Below, in pieces: positions 1 through 12,715 of a DNA stretch of 64,000 nucleotides; the stretch's first letter is position 1; each line of letters begins with the position of its first letter. Made by a program: the position numbers and the translations under genes. The notes beneath the pieces are model-generated. The model worked only from the letters and a program-made list of their open reading frames with translations, was not told the DNA's origin and did no database searches. Source of the DNA: Lama glama (Eukaryota); assembly GCA_028534125.1 (NCBI GenBank), contig CM052816.1, positions 58,034,001-58,098,000 of the forward strand, in the 5' to 3' direction.

Positions 1-794
1 TGAAAATGAGACTGCGACATTCTTGGCCAGTGCCTTTTCATTAAGCTCGGGCTCTCACCAAGTACAAGTGCCAAGTGAGTCATACCAACACATGTAGAGG
101 ATGGTATCCTGAGGGGAAGAGAATTATAGTGGAAATAGCCAAGGCTGCTTGGAGACGTGGCTCCTCAGCTAGTACTGCAGACAAACCACCGCTGCCACAG
201 CAAACAGCAAAGCAATAACAAGCCAGGCTTGCACAAGGTGGGAAGCTGCAGACGCAAATGCAGGCTCTCTCCCCAGGCCATGGGCAGCACCCACCTCCCC
301 AAAAGGATGTAGTCTAAACAGGCTTGATTGTGGAGTCCAGCCAGCTCACGGTCAGGGAAGCCATCCCACCCTAGCAGTCTCAGGACTCTGGGGGAAACAT
401 TTGGACGGCCCCAGGCTCAGGGAGAAGGGGCTCACATGTCCTCTGCCGAGCACTAGCAGCCAGAGCCAAGTACCTGAAATCTGCTGCACTGTTCTAGGCC
501 CCAGGAGGGCACGGGGAGTTGGCTGCTGGTTCAGGTTAGCCAGGAAAGGAACACATGCATGCACAAATACGGTGGTAGGCAGCAGAAAGGAATGCCTTGA
601 GAGGGCCCAGAGTTGCTCAAAGGAACATGGAAGAAGAAGCAAGTGACATTGAGCTGGGAGGACCAGAAAAACTCAGGAGGAAGTGGCAGCAGGCCTCCAG
701 CAGCCTGTGAATGTGGAGTGTGCTCAGCCTTGGGAGAGGGGAGGACCTGAAGGCCACTCTATGATGCTGTTGGGAAGAAAGCAGGTGGGGTGGG

Positions 795-1292
795 GTAGTA
801 GGTAGAATAACAGCCCCCCAAACCTTCACGTCTTAATCCCTGGAATCTGTGAATATACTACTTTACTTGGCAAGAGGGACTTTGCAGATATGACTAAGGA
901 TTTGGAGATGAGATTATCCTGAATTATCTGGGTGGGCCCAATATAATCCCAAAGGCCTTTATAAGGGGGAGACAAGTGTCTGAGTCAGAGGAGGAGATGT
1001 GGTAATGGAAGAGTGACGTGGTGAGGTAAGAGGGAGAGAGACAGAGACCGACAGAGAGATGCAGGTTTGAAAGTACTCTGCTAGGTTTGAAGATGGGGGA
1101 AGAGGCCATGAGCTAAGGAACTTGGGATGCCTCTAGAAGCTGGAAAAGGCAAGGAAGTGGATTTCACCTTGAGCCTCCAAAAGGGACAAACCTCAGCTGA
1201 CACCTTGCTTTTAGGACTTCCAACCCCTCAAACTGTAAAATAATAAATCTGTGTCATTTTAAGCCACTAAATTTGTGGCGATTTGTTAACAC
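795..1292 (+). mobile_element. MaLR solo LTR, MLT1D-like
   Basis: Matches the remembered MLT1D consensus along its length: 'gtcttaatccctggaatctgtgaata...gggactttgcagat...gagattatcctgaattatctgggtgggcccaatataatc', ending 'aataaatctgtgtcattttaagccactaaatttgtggcgatttgtta'. Confidence 0.85.
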
Positions 1293-1871
1293 AGGTGAGT
1301 TAGACACTTTGGGAACCTAATTCCTTGTGCCATGCCTTCTGGGAAGCTCCCATGTCACCTGGCATTCTGGGTGGCTCTGCCCAGTCCCGCCCCACATTGT
1401 GGGCTGGGTCACGGGGAGGATCGGGGCTGCTTGTGAAGCTGCCTGACTCAGCATCTCTCATCTTTGTGCTGCTCCTGGAGCACAGTCAGGGGCCATGGTG
1501 TTCACTCTCTAAACAGCTTGGAGCTAGGCAACAACATCTGAAAACCACTGGGATTTAAAATACTGAAACAATCAAAGCTGCCCTTTAGGAAACTGGGGGC
1601 CATTTCTCTACAATCCCATGGTCAGCAAGTATCCAATTTCCCATTAGATGGTACTCAAGTTTTGTCATTTCTGAAAGGAGCTTGGTTCTGTTTAGAATTC
1701 TATAGTTGCTCATGGATTAGTTACTTTAGAGATGGATTCCTTCTGTGTATATGTGTGAGAAGTCTTTTTAAAGTGACAAGAAAAGGGGGGGAATCATATA
1801 CAGACAACCAGGTAAAAATAAAGTTTTCTAAGTTGTGATACCAGTTCACCAAGAGACAGTTTTTTCTTAAG

Positions 1872-2015
1872 TCATTCATACATTAATTGAGACAACATAT
1901 CTTATAAGCATGTAAGCATCCACCACGCACTAGAGATTGTTGTAGTTCCTGAAGATGCTGTGATGAAGCAAGCTTGGTCCCTACCCTCACAGAGCTTACT
2001 TTCCAGAAGGGAAGA
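1872..2015 (-). mobile_element. L2 3' fragment
   Basis: Degenerate L2 tail: 'tcattcatacatt...ttggtccctaccctcacagagcttactttccag'. Confidence 0.55.
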
Positions 2016-2405
2016 AGTACAGATACAGGAAACCACGGAAAGGGAAGAAATGGTATTTTAACATTCTTTAGAGGGTAATAAAGGAAGGTTCACTGGACAA
2101 AATGTAGTTGAAAGTATTGTGAAGTGGCACAGAATCAATGTGAAATGAGATGGAGTCTTGAACGCCTTTGAAAAATGGTTTTTCCATCCACACCAGGGAG
2201 TGAGAAGCTGGCCACTGGGGGACATGACGTAAGAAATATTCAGGTAACAGTAAAAAGTGCGGAGAATCTGCTGGAACTAAAGAAGTGTGGGAGGGTGACT
2301 AGACTCAGAATAGCCCCCGTGGAACTGGCATTTGTCCTGCCTTCACAGTTTGTAGCAGGCTTTGGAAACATTGTCTTTCCAAATGTCCATGCTTCCATTT
2401 TCCAG

Positions 2406-2607
2406 AACAGAAAACCGACACAGGAAGGTTATTATGACTCTCACTGATAGGTATTATTATAACCTGGAGGCACATGACTGTGTTGTCATTTCTCAACCTT
2501 TTAAATCATATACCCTCCTGTGGCAATATAAAAATCGACTGACTTTTAAGCATTCGAAACTTCAAAATATATTAATCATCAGGATTAAAAACAAACCAAA
2601 ACACAGG
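2406..2607 (+). CDS. Putative internal coding exon of unnamed gene A (…ENRHRKVIMTLTDRYYYNLEAHDCVVISQPFKSYTLLWQYKNRLTFKHSKLQNILIIRIKNKPKHR)
   Basis: Pyrimidine-rich acceptor 'tgcttccattttccag' (second AG 5 nt downstream gives start 2411), frame open throughout (part of ORF 2362-2640), consensus donor AGG|gtaagt at 2608 in phase 0, not repeat-derived as far as I can see. Confidence 0.5.
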
Positions 2608-3014
2608 GTAAGTGTAAAAGAAGGTTGTGATTTGATCTAGAAAAGCATTTTACCTCAACCATGGCAGCCTCATGGAGTGGCACACGTAGGGGACGTGTTC
2701 AAGAGACTGCCACGTGGGTCATTTTAACATGGAGCCACTGTGCTATTTTTTGAGCCACACATGTTGTCCCCTGAGATTTTCATCCACCACTCCCCTCACT
2801 GTCACCAATGAGATGAACCCAATAAGTGACTATTGACAGTGAGGAAGTTAGGCCAATATCTGTGAATCTGACTTGTCATCCTAAAAAAAAAATTATTAAA
2901 TAGTCAATCAAAATATTTGATGGAAAAATGTCACATTACCTAAATATAAATGATCTCCAAAAACTTCACTAACATTATGTCCAAGTGTGCATAGAGGTCA
3001 ATCAAGTGAGTTTA

Positions 3015-3225
3015 TAGTCCGGTTGCCTGACTTCAAACTGAATCCTACCTTTTATCAGCTGTGTGTATTATACAAGCTACCTCACCTCATTGTGTCTCAA
3101 TGTCCTCATTTGAAAACTGTGTACATCTATCATTTCTATGTAATAGATCTCAATCATTTACTCATTCAGCATTTACTAAATACACACTGGGTGCCAAGGC
3201 AGTGCTAGCTGCTGGGGATACAGTA
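3015..3225. mobile_element. MIR fragment (+) followed by L2 tail (-)
   Basis: MIR core 'cagctgtgtgt...acctcattgtgtctcaatgtcctcatttgaaaa', then L2 'cattcagcatttactaaatacacactgggtgccaaggcagtgctagctgctggggatacag'. Confidence 0.65.
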
Positions 3226-3441
3226 TGTTTAAATGTCTAATGTATTTTTCAATCTTTTGGAAGACATAGGTGGTATCCATAGTTCCACAATCAATCTTAG
3301 TTTTGAATGATTTAGTTTTACTGATTTGACATATTTTTGCTGCTTTTTTGGGTTTGTTTCTTACAATGCCTTAAAATATAATAGACTGTAAAAAATGTCA
3401 CACTATAATCCACCCATGGTTGTATTGTTTTGTCCTTTCAG

Positions 3442-3513
3442 AGTTCTCAGGAGCCACAAAAGATAGAGACAAATCAGCAAAACATGCACCGAATAATGCA
3501 GAAGATACACTGA
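3442..3513 (+). CDS. Putative terminal coding exon of unnamed gene A (SSQEPQKIETNQQNMHRIMQKIH*)
   Basis: Acceptor 'ttgttttgtcctttcag', phase 0 matches the donor at 2608, 23 open codons, tandem stops TGA TAA, ATTAAA about 90 nt downstream. Confidence 0.45.
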   Translation, partial: SSQEPQKIETNQQNMHRIMQKIH

Positions 3514-3604
3514 TAAAGCAATGTGTGTGCAGGCTTACAAACATAAGTTGACAGATGTGATCCCTGGCAAAATACTCTCCGGAGTGCCCTATAAACGTTT
3601 CTAA

Positions 3605-3610
3605 ATTAAA
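3605..3610 (+). terminator. Candidate polyadenylation signal ATTAAA for gene A
   Basis: ATTAAA hexamer about 90 nt after the stop, followed by GT-rich sequence ('gggttgtgaagtg'). Confidence 0.35.
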
Positions 3611-4872
3611 CAGAGCCCTTCAGATAAGGGTTGTGAAGTGCAGCAATACTGTGTCAGCCACTGCATTTTCCTGACAGTGAATCCTAATTCTATAACACAT
3701 AACAGTAGCCTGCCATCCAAAGATTACAGTGACTTGATTGTGGGTGGCTTTCTGCTCCAAGATACCAGTTATACTGGGCCTACCCTCTAAGCCAGAAATA
3801 TTTGTTTCTGTTTCTTCTGAACTCCTGCCAAAAAGAAAAATCACCCTCAGAAGCTCTGTTCCAGCTCATGAATAACCATGGGATAGACCAGGGGCTTTGA
3901 GTATGAACATGCCCCTTAGAGTTGCTGGTTACCTGGCCTGGTCTTCAGGACACATGCTTACCTTGGCCTCTGCCAGCAGTGCACTCCTGATTGAGTTTTC
4001 CAGGGTATTTGACTGAAATGTTTTCTTCAGTGTGGTGGGAAGACACTATTAAAAGAGAACAGGCATGAGAAAACAGGAAACCATGACCATACTGTAAATA
4101 TGATAAAGAAGCCACCAAAATTTAGAGAAGTCGACATTACAATCTGGGACACGTAGAGAAAAACCACTTTGGATATAACCTGAATTCACGAGATAGCTAT
4201 CACTGATCTGAGTGGAAATAAGAGTATTTATAAAGAATATAAGGCATTAAACTTAAACATGTAATAGTTCAGATTCAAATCAGACTTTAAATATCTCATT
4301 AGAATTCTTTAAAACATGAAAAATATTCCTTAAAAGACAGTCTAAATTTTGGCTTATGTTTAGAGATATCAGGGAATGTAGATTATAACTGCTAATTAAA
4401 TATTTGTACCAACTTATTAAGGTGGTTCTTATAAACTTTCTATAAATATTTACAGTATATCACAGACCATTTCCACCTTCCCCCCTTTATTAGTAGTACA
4501 TATACTTGAGACAGAGTTTATTTTTACCCCTTCACTGCACATATACTCTTGTTTTACAGAAATAATAATATAATCAGGACAATCTAGGTTATCACAAACT
4601 ATTCTTTAGCTATACCAAGTAATTTTTATTTTCATAAATGAGACTTTTGCATAAGCTCCTTCTTCTATCTTGAACATCTTTCCCCTCTTACTATGCTAAC
4701 TTCTCATCATCAAGTCCTAGCACAGATAACTTCCTCCAGGAAGCTTTCCCTGACTCTCTGAGATGAGGCTAGCTCCCCTTGCCTCCCATGTTATCTTGTG
4801 CTTCTTTCTATCAAAGCCCTTATAGTAGTACGTTAGAATTAGTGACTTAGAGTCTGTGTCTTCTTCCTAGAC

Positions 4873-6019
4873 CAGTGGTTCTCAAAGTTTTCAGAATCAG
4901 CATCTTTTGTACTCTTAAAAATTATTCAAGACCCTGAAGAGCTTTTGTAAATGTGGGTAATCACTGTTGATATTTACTTTACTAGAAATTAAAATTGGGG
5001 AATTCTTAAAATATTTTATATTACATATATTTGATTATTTTAAAAATAAAAATAATAATCTTATTACACATTAACATCTAAGAACATATTTTTATGAAAG
5101 GAATTATATTTTTCAAAACAAAAATTCATACAGAAAATGGCATTGCACATTTTTGAAACAGACTCTCATATCTGTCTTTGCATTCAATATGCTACAATAA
5201 ATTGTTTTGTGTTGAAGTATATGAGGAAAATCTAGTTTAACACAGTGAAAAAGGAGGGATTTTTTAAAATGTTTTTAGGTAATTGTGGATATTCCTTTTT
5301 GATACTATGCTAAAACTCAACAAGAGGTAGATTCTTAGAGTTTACTTTCAATGTGTAGTCTGAAAGCAAATCAATGAACTTTTCGTATTTTGTTACATTA
5401 AAATCCATTTGGTCTATTCTTCACTTTGAATGAATTTTTTTTATCCATGCATGATTTTGTAATGCCATACACTTTGGTAATTTGGAAAAGACTGGTTCAC
5501 TGAGTTATATACATCATTCTATTTTGATGATTTCATTATATAATATCAAAAAGCCAATCTGTTATTATCATTCCCATCAGAGAAGTCTTTCATTATTGGG
5601 AAGCTGCAAGCTCTAGTTTTCCAAATTTCAAAGTTTCATTTGAAAGTTCATGCTATATTATTGACCACAAACGCAATCGGTTGTTTTCCTTGAAGTGACA
5701 GGCCCACTTTGCTCATTTTTGACAAAACATCTGCCAGATAGCCAAGTTTGAACACAGTTTGAATGTCAATCATTCTTTCAAGTGAAAATTGTGTTCCATT
5801 TAAGAAGCGGCTAGTTCAGCTTGCAACTCGAGCAATCACACAAGTATTTTTCCTCTAGACAAATCATCATACTTTAACATGCAGCAAAAGTGATTCACGC
5901 ATACCTCCCATTTTATTACATGGAATATTAAAAATATGTATACTTCAGGTTGGCATTTAATAAAAATTAATCATCTCTCTTGCTTTGTCAAGAACGTTCT
6001 GCAGTGAAACTAGCAGGTT

Positions 6020-6064
<45 letters not shown>

Positions 6065-6296
6065 CTGTGCGTGAGGGTGAGCAATCCAATGATGACCAGT
6101 ATGTTTGGTGCCACTGCCTTGATACATGCTAAGAAACCATTACTTTTGCACTTGAAGTGCAAATGCCAATACAGCGGGGGAAAAAGCAAATGCCATCCTG
6201 GTATGTATTATTAATAAAATAGCTTTGACCTTGAAGATAGTCTGGAAAGAACTTACTGACCTCCAGGAGCTCCCTGACCACACTTTGAAACTTGTG
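4873..6296 (-). mobile_element. hAT-Charlie DNA transposon, Charlie1a-like, near full length (~1.42 kb)
   Basis: Terminus 'cagtggttctcaaag'; the other end reverse-complements to 'tcaaagtgtggtc...aggtcaaagctatttt...atcaaggcagtggcaccaaac'; degenerate 8-bp TSD tcctagac (4865-4872) / acttagaa (6297-6304), fitting the Charlie NNNTANNN target preference. Confidence 0.85.
6019..6063. repeat. (TTG)n microsatellite, about 14 units
   Basis: Directly visible perfect repeat inside the Charlie element; source of the poly-Leu ORF 6020-6214. Confidence 0.97.
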
Positions 6297-7149
6297 ACTT
6301 AGAATGTGAGTTTCTGGAGAGCAGGAACTGCTGTCTCAGTATGACCTGAGCACAATACTTGGCACATAAATAAATATATTCAGTAAATGACTCAGAATAG
6401 CTTAATTTTCTATTTGGCTAAACATTTCTCTCCCCTTGTACACGGAGTGTTTTGATCCTAACTTATCTTTCTTTGATGACTCAGGTTTATCATTGTGAAC
6501 GTTAGCTGAAACACAGTGACAGTTCTTGGGATGTCCCTGCAATAAGTTGTTGAATATCTCCTTCATACAGGGGATTTTACTTGCTGGTTCTTGGTTTGTT
6601 TGCCTCCTTCATTGCTGATAAGCTGTCAGCCATCACTTATTGATGATTTTAATGTTATAACCTTGAAGAAATATCTCATAGTTTTTAATCTGTAAATTTA
6701 ATCTGCAAGTAAGTCAAGTAGGCCAAAACAGATTTTGAGTTGCTACATGTATCAAGTGCATGAGCTTCAGTGCATAGATTTTCTAAGATTTATTTGATTA
6801 ACCAGAGGCCTCTCTTATTTATTTATTTTTTATTTTTATTTTTTGGTCCTGAGACAACCCCATCTCCCTGAAATTTCAGAATAGCTGAGTTTTGTATAGA
6901 TGAAGTTTTGCTGTATATGTGATTGAAAAAAAGAATCCAAAATACACCAACTTATGATTAAAAGTAAATAAAACCGTATGTCTGTTGTTACAGAGATGAA
7001 GGTAGACCTTATTTTGAGACATCTTCAAATTGCCATAATTAAAACAAGTTCAAATTATTAGACTAGGAGAAGAGGAGCTACAATGGGAGTATCAGAAGAT
7101 TCTGCTTAAATAGAATTTGAACTTCATTGCTTCATCTTTATAATTAAAA

Positions 7150-7460
7150 TGTTTTTATTGAGGTATACTTGATTTATAATGTTGTGTTAGTTTCAGGTGT
7201 ACAGCAAAGTGATTCCATTTTATGTATATATAGAATATAAATATTCTAAAAGAACAAAAATAAAAAGAATATGTATATTCTGTTTTCAGATTCTTTTCCA
7301 TTATAGGTTATTACAAAATATCGAATATAGTTCCCTATGCTACACAGGTTCTTGTTTATCTATTTCATATATAGATGTGTATGTTAATCCCAAACTCCTA
7401 ATTTATCTCTCCCTCATTTCCCCACTGGTAACCATAAGTTTGTTTCCTATGTCTGTGAGT
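7150..7460 (-). mobile_element. 5'-truncated L1 3' end (camelid/artiodactyl type)
   Basis: 'tttttattgaggtatacttgatttataatgttgtgttagtttcaggtgtacagcaaagtgattc...ttcagattcttttccattataggttattacaa'; reverse-complement similar to 62900-63100. Confidence 0.85.
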
Positions 7461-9289
7461 TTCATCACTGAACATTTGATTTCAAACTTGTGAACTCAGG
7501 TTGTACTGTATTACTAGTCATATTGTTTTGTAAGGTGGTTACAAAGTAATAGCACTTTAAACTCATTTTAAAATACCACCTTTAAAACTGACGTCAATGT
7601 TTTGTGCTAATCCTGTTCTAAAAAATATTTTCAAAGAGGAAGTTGTTGTTGTACAAGATGTATCGGGCCCCAAGAATGTGTTCATGGAATACTGACTGTA
7701 ACTTCTAAATGTCTGCACAGCAAACAGCAAAAAAAAAAAATTTTTTTAGATAAAATAAATGTGTTTAACTACATTTTCATGGTCAGTGATTACATCACTT
7801 CTCACAGGTACTGTATTTAGTCCAGAAATAGAGAAAGAAACTTAACCTGTCACACATCTTCCTTCGCAGTGGGAACCCCAGGATATTATGGAAGAGTAGG
7901 GAATTATCCAGGTTTCAGGTTTGAATGAAGAGAAAAGCTCTGAGTGAAGGCTGTAATTAGCTAGTCTGATGAAGACTAGAAGGTAGCCGGGCTCCAGCCT
8001 TCGCTTTCCTAGGGAAGGGGTTACTCGTCACTGTGAGGGCTCACTGATTTCCATTTCCTCGAGCTCTGAGGTCTCTGGGAGGGTGAAGAGGGTTGTGAAC
8101 GTCCTGCCCTTTGCCTTGAGGTCTGCAGTGAACCTGGGCCAACCTAGGGATGAAGGAACTGGTAGAATGGGGTGTGTAGTGCCAGCCAATTCGGGGCTCC
8201 ACGAGGTAAGGGTTCTAGATGTATACTGGTAGATTCCATTCTTCCCCAGACATTTGCTACTGTAGGAACATGATGTTAAAAATAAAGCTCTTGCTCGCCA
8301 CCGTTTTTCCAAAGCTCTGGAGATGTGGCATGTCTGTTATTTTTAGGAAGCCAATTGCAAGCAATTAGCCTGATCAGAAACTCACCCAGGTTCTCATCTC
8401 CTCCCAGCAAGGCTACACCTGGGAGAACAGGATTGTCTAAAGACAATCAGTGAGCCTCAGGGTACAGAATGCACACGCACCTACTGCTGTTGAAATCCGA
8501 ATACTTAAAATTGGCTGAAAGATGGGTTCTCAAAAGCTTTCGTGCCCACTTTCAGGCCTCAAATAGTGAGATTTACCAGCTCATCAAACTATTCAATTCC
8601 TTTCTAGGGAGGATGTGTCTATTGTATCAGAAGAGTCTCCTAAATATGGGACTGAAAACTCAAACATCATGGCTTTCCACTCCTAAAAAATACTCTTCAT
8701 CGTGGAAACTCAGTGTATAGTGGGCCTGGGTCAGAGCTTCTCTCTTCTGAGAAAATCATACACTACGCTAAAGCTGCTGGCCTCTCTGACAGACATCTCC
8801 TCTGCTTCAATGAATTTCCACTGGGCGTAGGAAAATACAGCTATTCACTAAAAATCAAACAGCACAGGAGTGCAAACATATGGTAAACTCTGGAAGAAGC
8901 AAGATATATCTAACATGGATAGATTCCTTCTAGATTCACTTTGACCTACAAGTCAATCAGGTTTCCAAGGGGTGGGGGTAGGGGGGCAATTAGCTGGCGT
9001 AAAATGCTCAAACCCTGACTTTAATGTAATCTGACAAAGCATTTGTTACTTGAGCCTCAACATTCCAGGCTGACTCAACAAAAATATTTGTTTACCACAA
9101 CAGAGTAATAAAGAGATAGTTTTCCCTAGACCAAGACATAGTTCTAGGGCCCCATCCTGCCTGGACCTCTGTGAACCAGAAGCAATTGCAAATTCGTAGT
9201 GTACAAATATGAGGCACCCCGGTTTCTGTAAACCCAAATCAAGAAAGCACAGAAGTTTCTACCAGTTCCTTGTCAAAAGTTCAATTTTT

Positions 9290-9410
9290 AATAGTAGTTG
9301 CATCTTAATTTTTACTGAACTCTTACTATGTGCATGGCACTTATGTCAAGTTTACAAGGATTATCTCATTTTAATCTTCAAAACCCCTATGAAGTGGCTG
9401 CCATTCATGA
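9290..9410 (-). mobile_element. MIR fragment
   Basis: 'tttactgaactcttactatgtgcatggcact...attatctcattttaatcttcaaaacccctatgaagtgg'. Confidence 0.7.
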
Positions 9411-9524
9411 ACTGAACAAATATTTTTGGGTGCCCTCATGGAATTGTTACAGCGAACAGTGGTGATAAAGTGCCTGCTCTTGTAGTGCCTACTTTCCGGT
9501 GGAGAGGGACAGACAGCAAATGGA

Positions 9525-10135
9525 TTCTTCCACTCAGTAAACATTACTGATAACCTACTAGGTGCCAAGTGTTGTGCTAGGCACTTAGGGTACAGCAATG
9601 ACCCAAACAAACAAATCTGCCTTCACAGAGCTATATTCTAGTTGGGAAAAGACAGACAATAAACTAAAGAAATAAGTAAATTAAATAGTATGTTATAAGT
9701 GCCAAGAAGAAGAATAAAGCAGGGAAGACAAATAGGGGAGATATGGGGTACAATTTCAGATAAGGAGGTAAGGGGAGTTCTGAGTTGGTGCAAAATCAAT
9801 GTGTGAACAACATATTTTCAAAGTGTAGCAAATTTTGTGAAGATAATAGAGCAGAATAAAAGAGGGAACTTGAATTTTGGCAAGAAGCGACTTGAGACTG
9901 CCTGGCCAAGGAAGGCCTCTTCAAGGCTGATATTTGAGTGAAACCTGCAGGGTGAGAAGGAACCAGCCAGGGGAAGAATTTTGGGGAGAGCCTTCCAGAA
10001 GACCTGAGCTGGGACTGAGTTCAAGGTGTTTGAGAAACAGAAAGAAGGGCAGCATAGCTGTGTGTGATGAACACAGGGGAGGGGACATATGTGAAATAAA
10101 GGTGAGGTGGCATGCAGAGCATGCCCACATTAGCC
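9525..10135 (-). mobile_element. L2 fragments
   Basis: 'cactcagtaaacattactgataacctactaggtgccaagtgttgtgctaggcacttagggtacagca...ccttcacagagctatattctagttggg' and 'caaggtgtttgagaaacagaaagaagggcagcatagctg'. Confidence 0.8.
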
Positions 10136-11639
10136 CATCTTCCAGATGAATAAAACAAGGCTCAGAGAGGGCATCAAAATCAAGAGTGTTGGGATGCCAC
10201 TGGCCCCAGGGCTCATGTTTATGACTGTCCACATGTGCCGGCCCCATCCTGGCAGCAGAGAGCTAGTAAAGAGTTATAGGCTACGGATAGATGTGGATGC
10301 AAACATTACATGCCAGTCCAGTTGCCCCATGGGGAATCTAGAACAGAAATGCACCCAGGTTAGTGATTTATAGGCAGGCCCACCCAGGGGAGGGCTGAGG
10401 GGAGGCCTGGGTGTCTAGTCTCTCCCCTTGAACAGGGTCCTTCATTTTTAGTCTGGCCTTCCCAACACCTGGAACCCCAATCAGAAGGAAAGATCACTGT
10501 AAATCTGGTTGTCTCTACTCCTGGCTGGGAGCCCTTCATTCAATGACTCATGCACATGGTATTAACAGCAGGTACAAGCAGGACACCCTGCAGCCCCCGT
10601 ACCCTATCTGGCTTCCCCAAGTGGAGCTGCCCTGGGGACGTATATGCTAAGAAGAATGAGCTGAAGGAAGCTGGAGAAATCACCTTTTGCATCCCTGTCT
10701 CCGCCCCTCTATGTAAAAGGTCTTTCTATAGACACTGAGTAAATTAAAAAAATTTTTTTTCTCAAAATGGAGGTTTTGTTCCTTGTTTTTGCTCATCTCC
10801 ACTCACCGTGAAACACTCTGTGACTCCTGAGCTTATGCTTCAGGGGCGATCTGGCTACTGCAGGCAGTTTTGAGTCTTGAAGAGAAGATAGAATTTTCTA
10901 CCCTTTTACCTAAATCCAGCTCCTCCTGGTGACACTAGTTATCTGGAGGGCCCCCACTCTCCCTGAATCAGGCAATGGGAATTGGCAGAGGTATCAGTCC
11001 CGTAGGGAGGCTGTCAGGTGCAGCTGCCCCCGGGAAGGCTGGGCTGTCTCCTCCTGGCTGATATATTTCTTTTGGGCACTGGTCATGCCCAGTCCTTCCC
11101 CCTTCATCAGCCTTTGTATCCAGAGGGAGTCCCTGAAGTCCTTTTCTACCTCTTTCTTCCCAACCGTGAGCCCTGAGCAGACTTTCTGGAATGACCTCTT
11201 TTCTCAACATTCCCCTGTAGTGTGTGACTCTGAAGTGAGACCCTGTCATCTTCCCCTCCGAACCGCCCTTGGGCCCTAGTGCACTGGGATTAAGCCAACT
11301 GGCCATGCCAATCAAACATCGCTGCCTTCTTAATTCCTGATCACCCCTTTTCTGAGGGTTTCTGCCTGTGCCCAGGTTTTTATCCTTATTTTATTTGGCT
11401 TCTGATGAAACTTACTCTGACCCTACACTTACCCAGCTCTATTTCTACTTTGGGAGGGAGAATTGATTCATTTTATTTCATACTGTCTTTCAAATACACT
11501 GACAACCTGATCACAGAAAAGTTCACCCTCGTAGAGTGAACAGCAGGGTAAATGTTGCATGAGTGTCTCCTTTGTGCCACCTGGAAAATGCAGTCTTTAG
11601 AAGGGAGCAACCACGCCCCTGCAGGTCAGTGATTACAAA

Positions 11640-11850
11640 CAGAGGCTCTGAGTTCATTCTGGTTCTTGGACTCAATAGCTGAAATGGCCATAGACAAGTT
11701 GCTAAACCTCTCTTTGCTTTAGTTTTCTTATCTCTCAAATGGGATGATAACAGTATTCATTTCAAATGAGTATTGAATGACATTTAAAAACAACTAAAGT
11801 GCTCAGCACAGTGTCCGGCACACAGTAGGTACTCAGTAGGTGTCAACCAT
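11640..11850 (+). mobile_element. MIR
   Basis: 'gacaagttgctaaacctctctttgctttagttttcttatctctcaaatgggatgataacagta...aaagtgctcagcacagtgtccggcacacagtaggtactcagta'. Confidence 0.85.
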
Positions 11851-12577
11851 AGTTCCAGGAGATGCTGAGAGTATCTCTCCTGTTACCAACTCAGCATCTT
11901 CTGCAAGTCTTAGGCAGTAGGGCTTACTTCTCTTCACCTCATTTTCCCTGGACTGGGTACATTTCCTGATGTGACTAGGTCCCCACTATGCTTTGATGAT
12001 GGGGTCATCATGGAAGTATGAGTGTAGCTTTAGAGTTTCCCTGTCATTTAGCCCATAATTGAAAGTTACTTCCAAACTGTGTATCCCAGCCAGCTGCAGA
12101 AAAGAGTAAGCAAAGCACACATTTCCAGGCTTCTGTGTTGGTCACAGTTCAGTAGAGCCTGACCTGTTTGACAAATTTCAAGCCACTTCAGATTTCTTGC
12201 AGGTTCTACGTTTGGATCTTTCATTAAGCCCAACACATGTGGTCATTTTCTCCCTGAAATAACCCGGACTTATCCATGCCCCATTTTTCTACATCCCCAT
12301 TTTTGACCTTCAGTGCTTGTTTTTACTTTCTTGGCACGCTATTAAATAGTACAGGAATTCAGTCCAAAGGATTTGCTATTTTTCAGGGACAGTTTGCACC
12401 CCGAAGAAAAGCAAAAAGTATCTTTTGCCTCAAGGGTTTATTTGCATTTTAAATACAATCTGAGTTTTAGAAAATGTCTTCTGCTTGAGCCTATTTATTC
12501 TGTTTGTCTGAAATAATCTTACCTATTGCTAATTTCTCTATACTCCTGAAAATAATTTAAAAAGGTATTTTAAAGCC

Positions 12578-12715
12578 TGTCTGCCTCACTAGTGTATAAG
12601 CTTCAGGAGGCTTGGGAATCTGGGAACAGTATGTGGCTGATTCAGTTTGTATCCCTGGAGCTTGTGTACAATCTGGCCCACAGGAGGCTCTCAATAAATG
12701 TTTGTTGAATGAATA
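12578..12715 (+). mobile_element. L2 3' end
   Basis: Ends 'ctggcccacaggaggctctcaataaatgtttgttgaatgaat'. Confidence 0.8.

Larger units (their letters stand above)
4700..6392 (+). mobile_element. L2 3' fragment split by the Charlie1a insertion (about 4700-4872 and 6297-6392)
   Basis: 'cttcctccaggaagctttccctgact...gtctgtgtcttcttcctagac' resumes as 'ttagaatgtgagtttctggagagcagg...gcacaatacttggcacata' after the transposon. Confidence 0.7.

Noticed and set aside
2420..2520. Loose resemblance of gene A's exon to alpha-2-macroglobulin MG1 (CVxxS) or the PIP/SVA N-terminus
   Set aside because: Only a few residues match, and the product ends after one more short exon, unlike those families.
6020..6214. 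Poly-Leu ORF resembling a signal peptide
   Set aside because: Translation of a (TTG)n microsatellite inside a Charlie transposon; the start codon is TTG.
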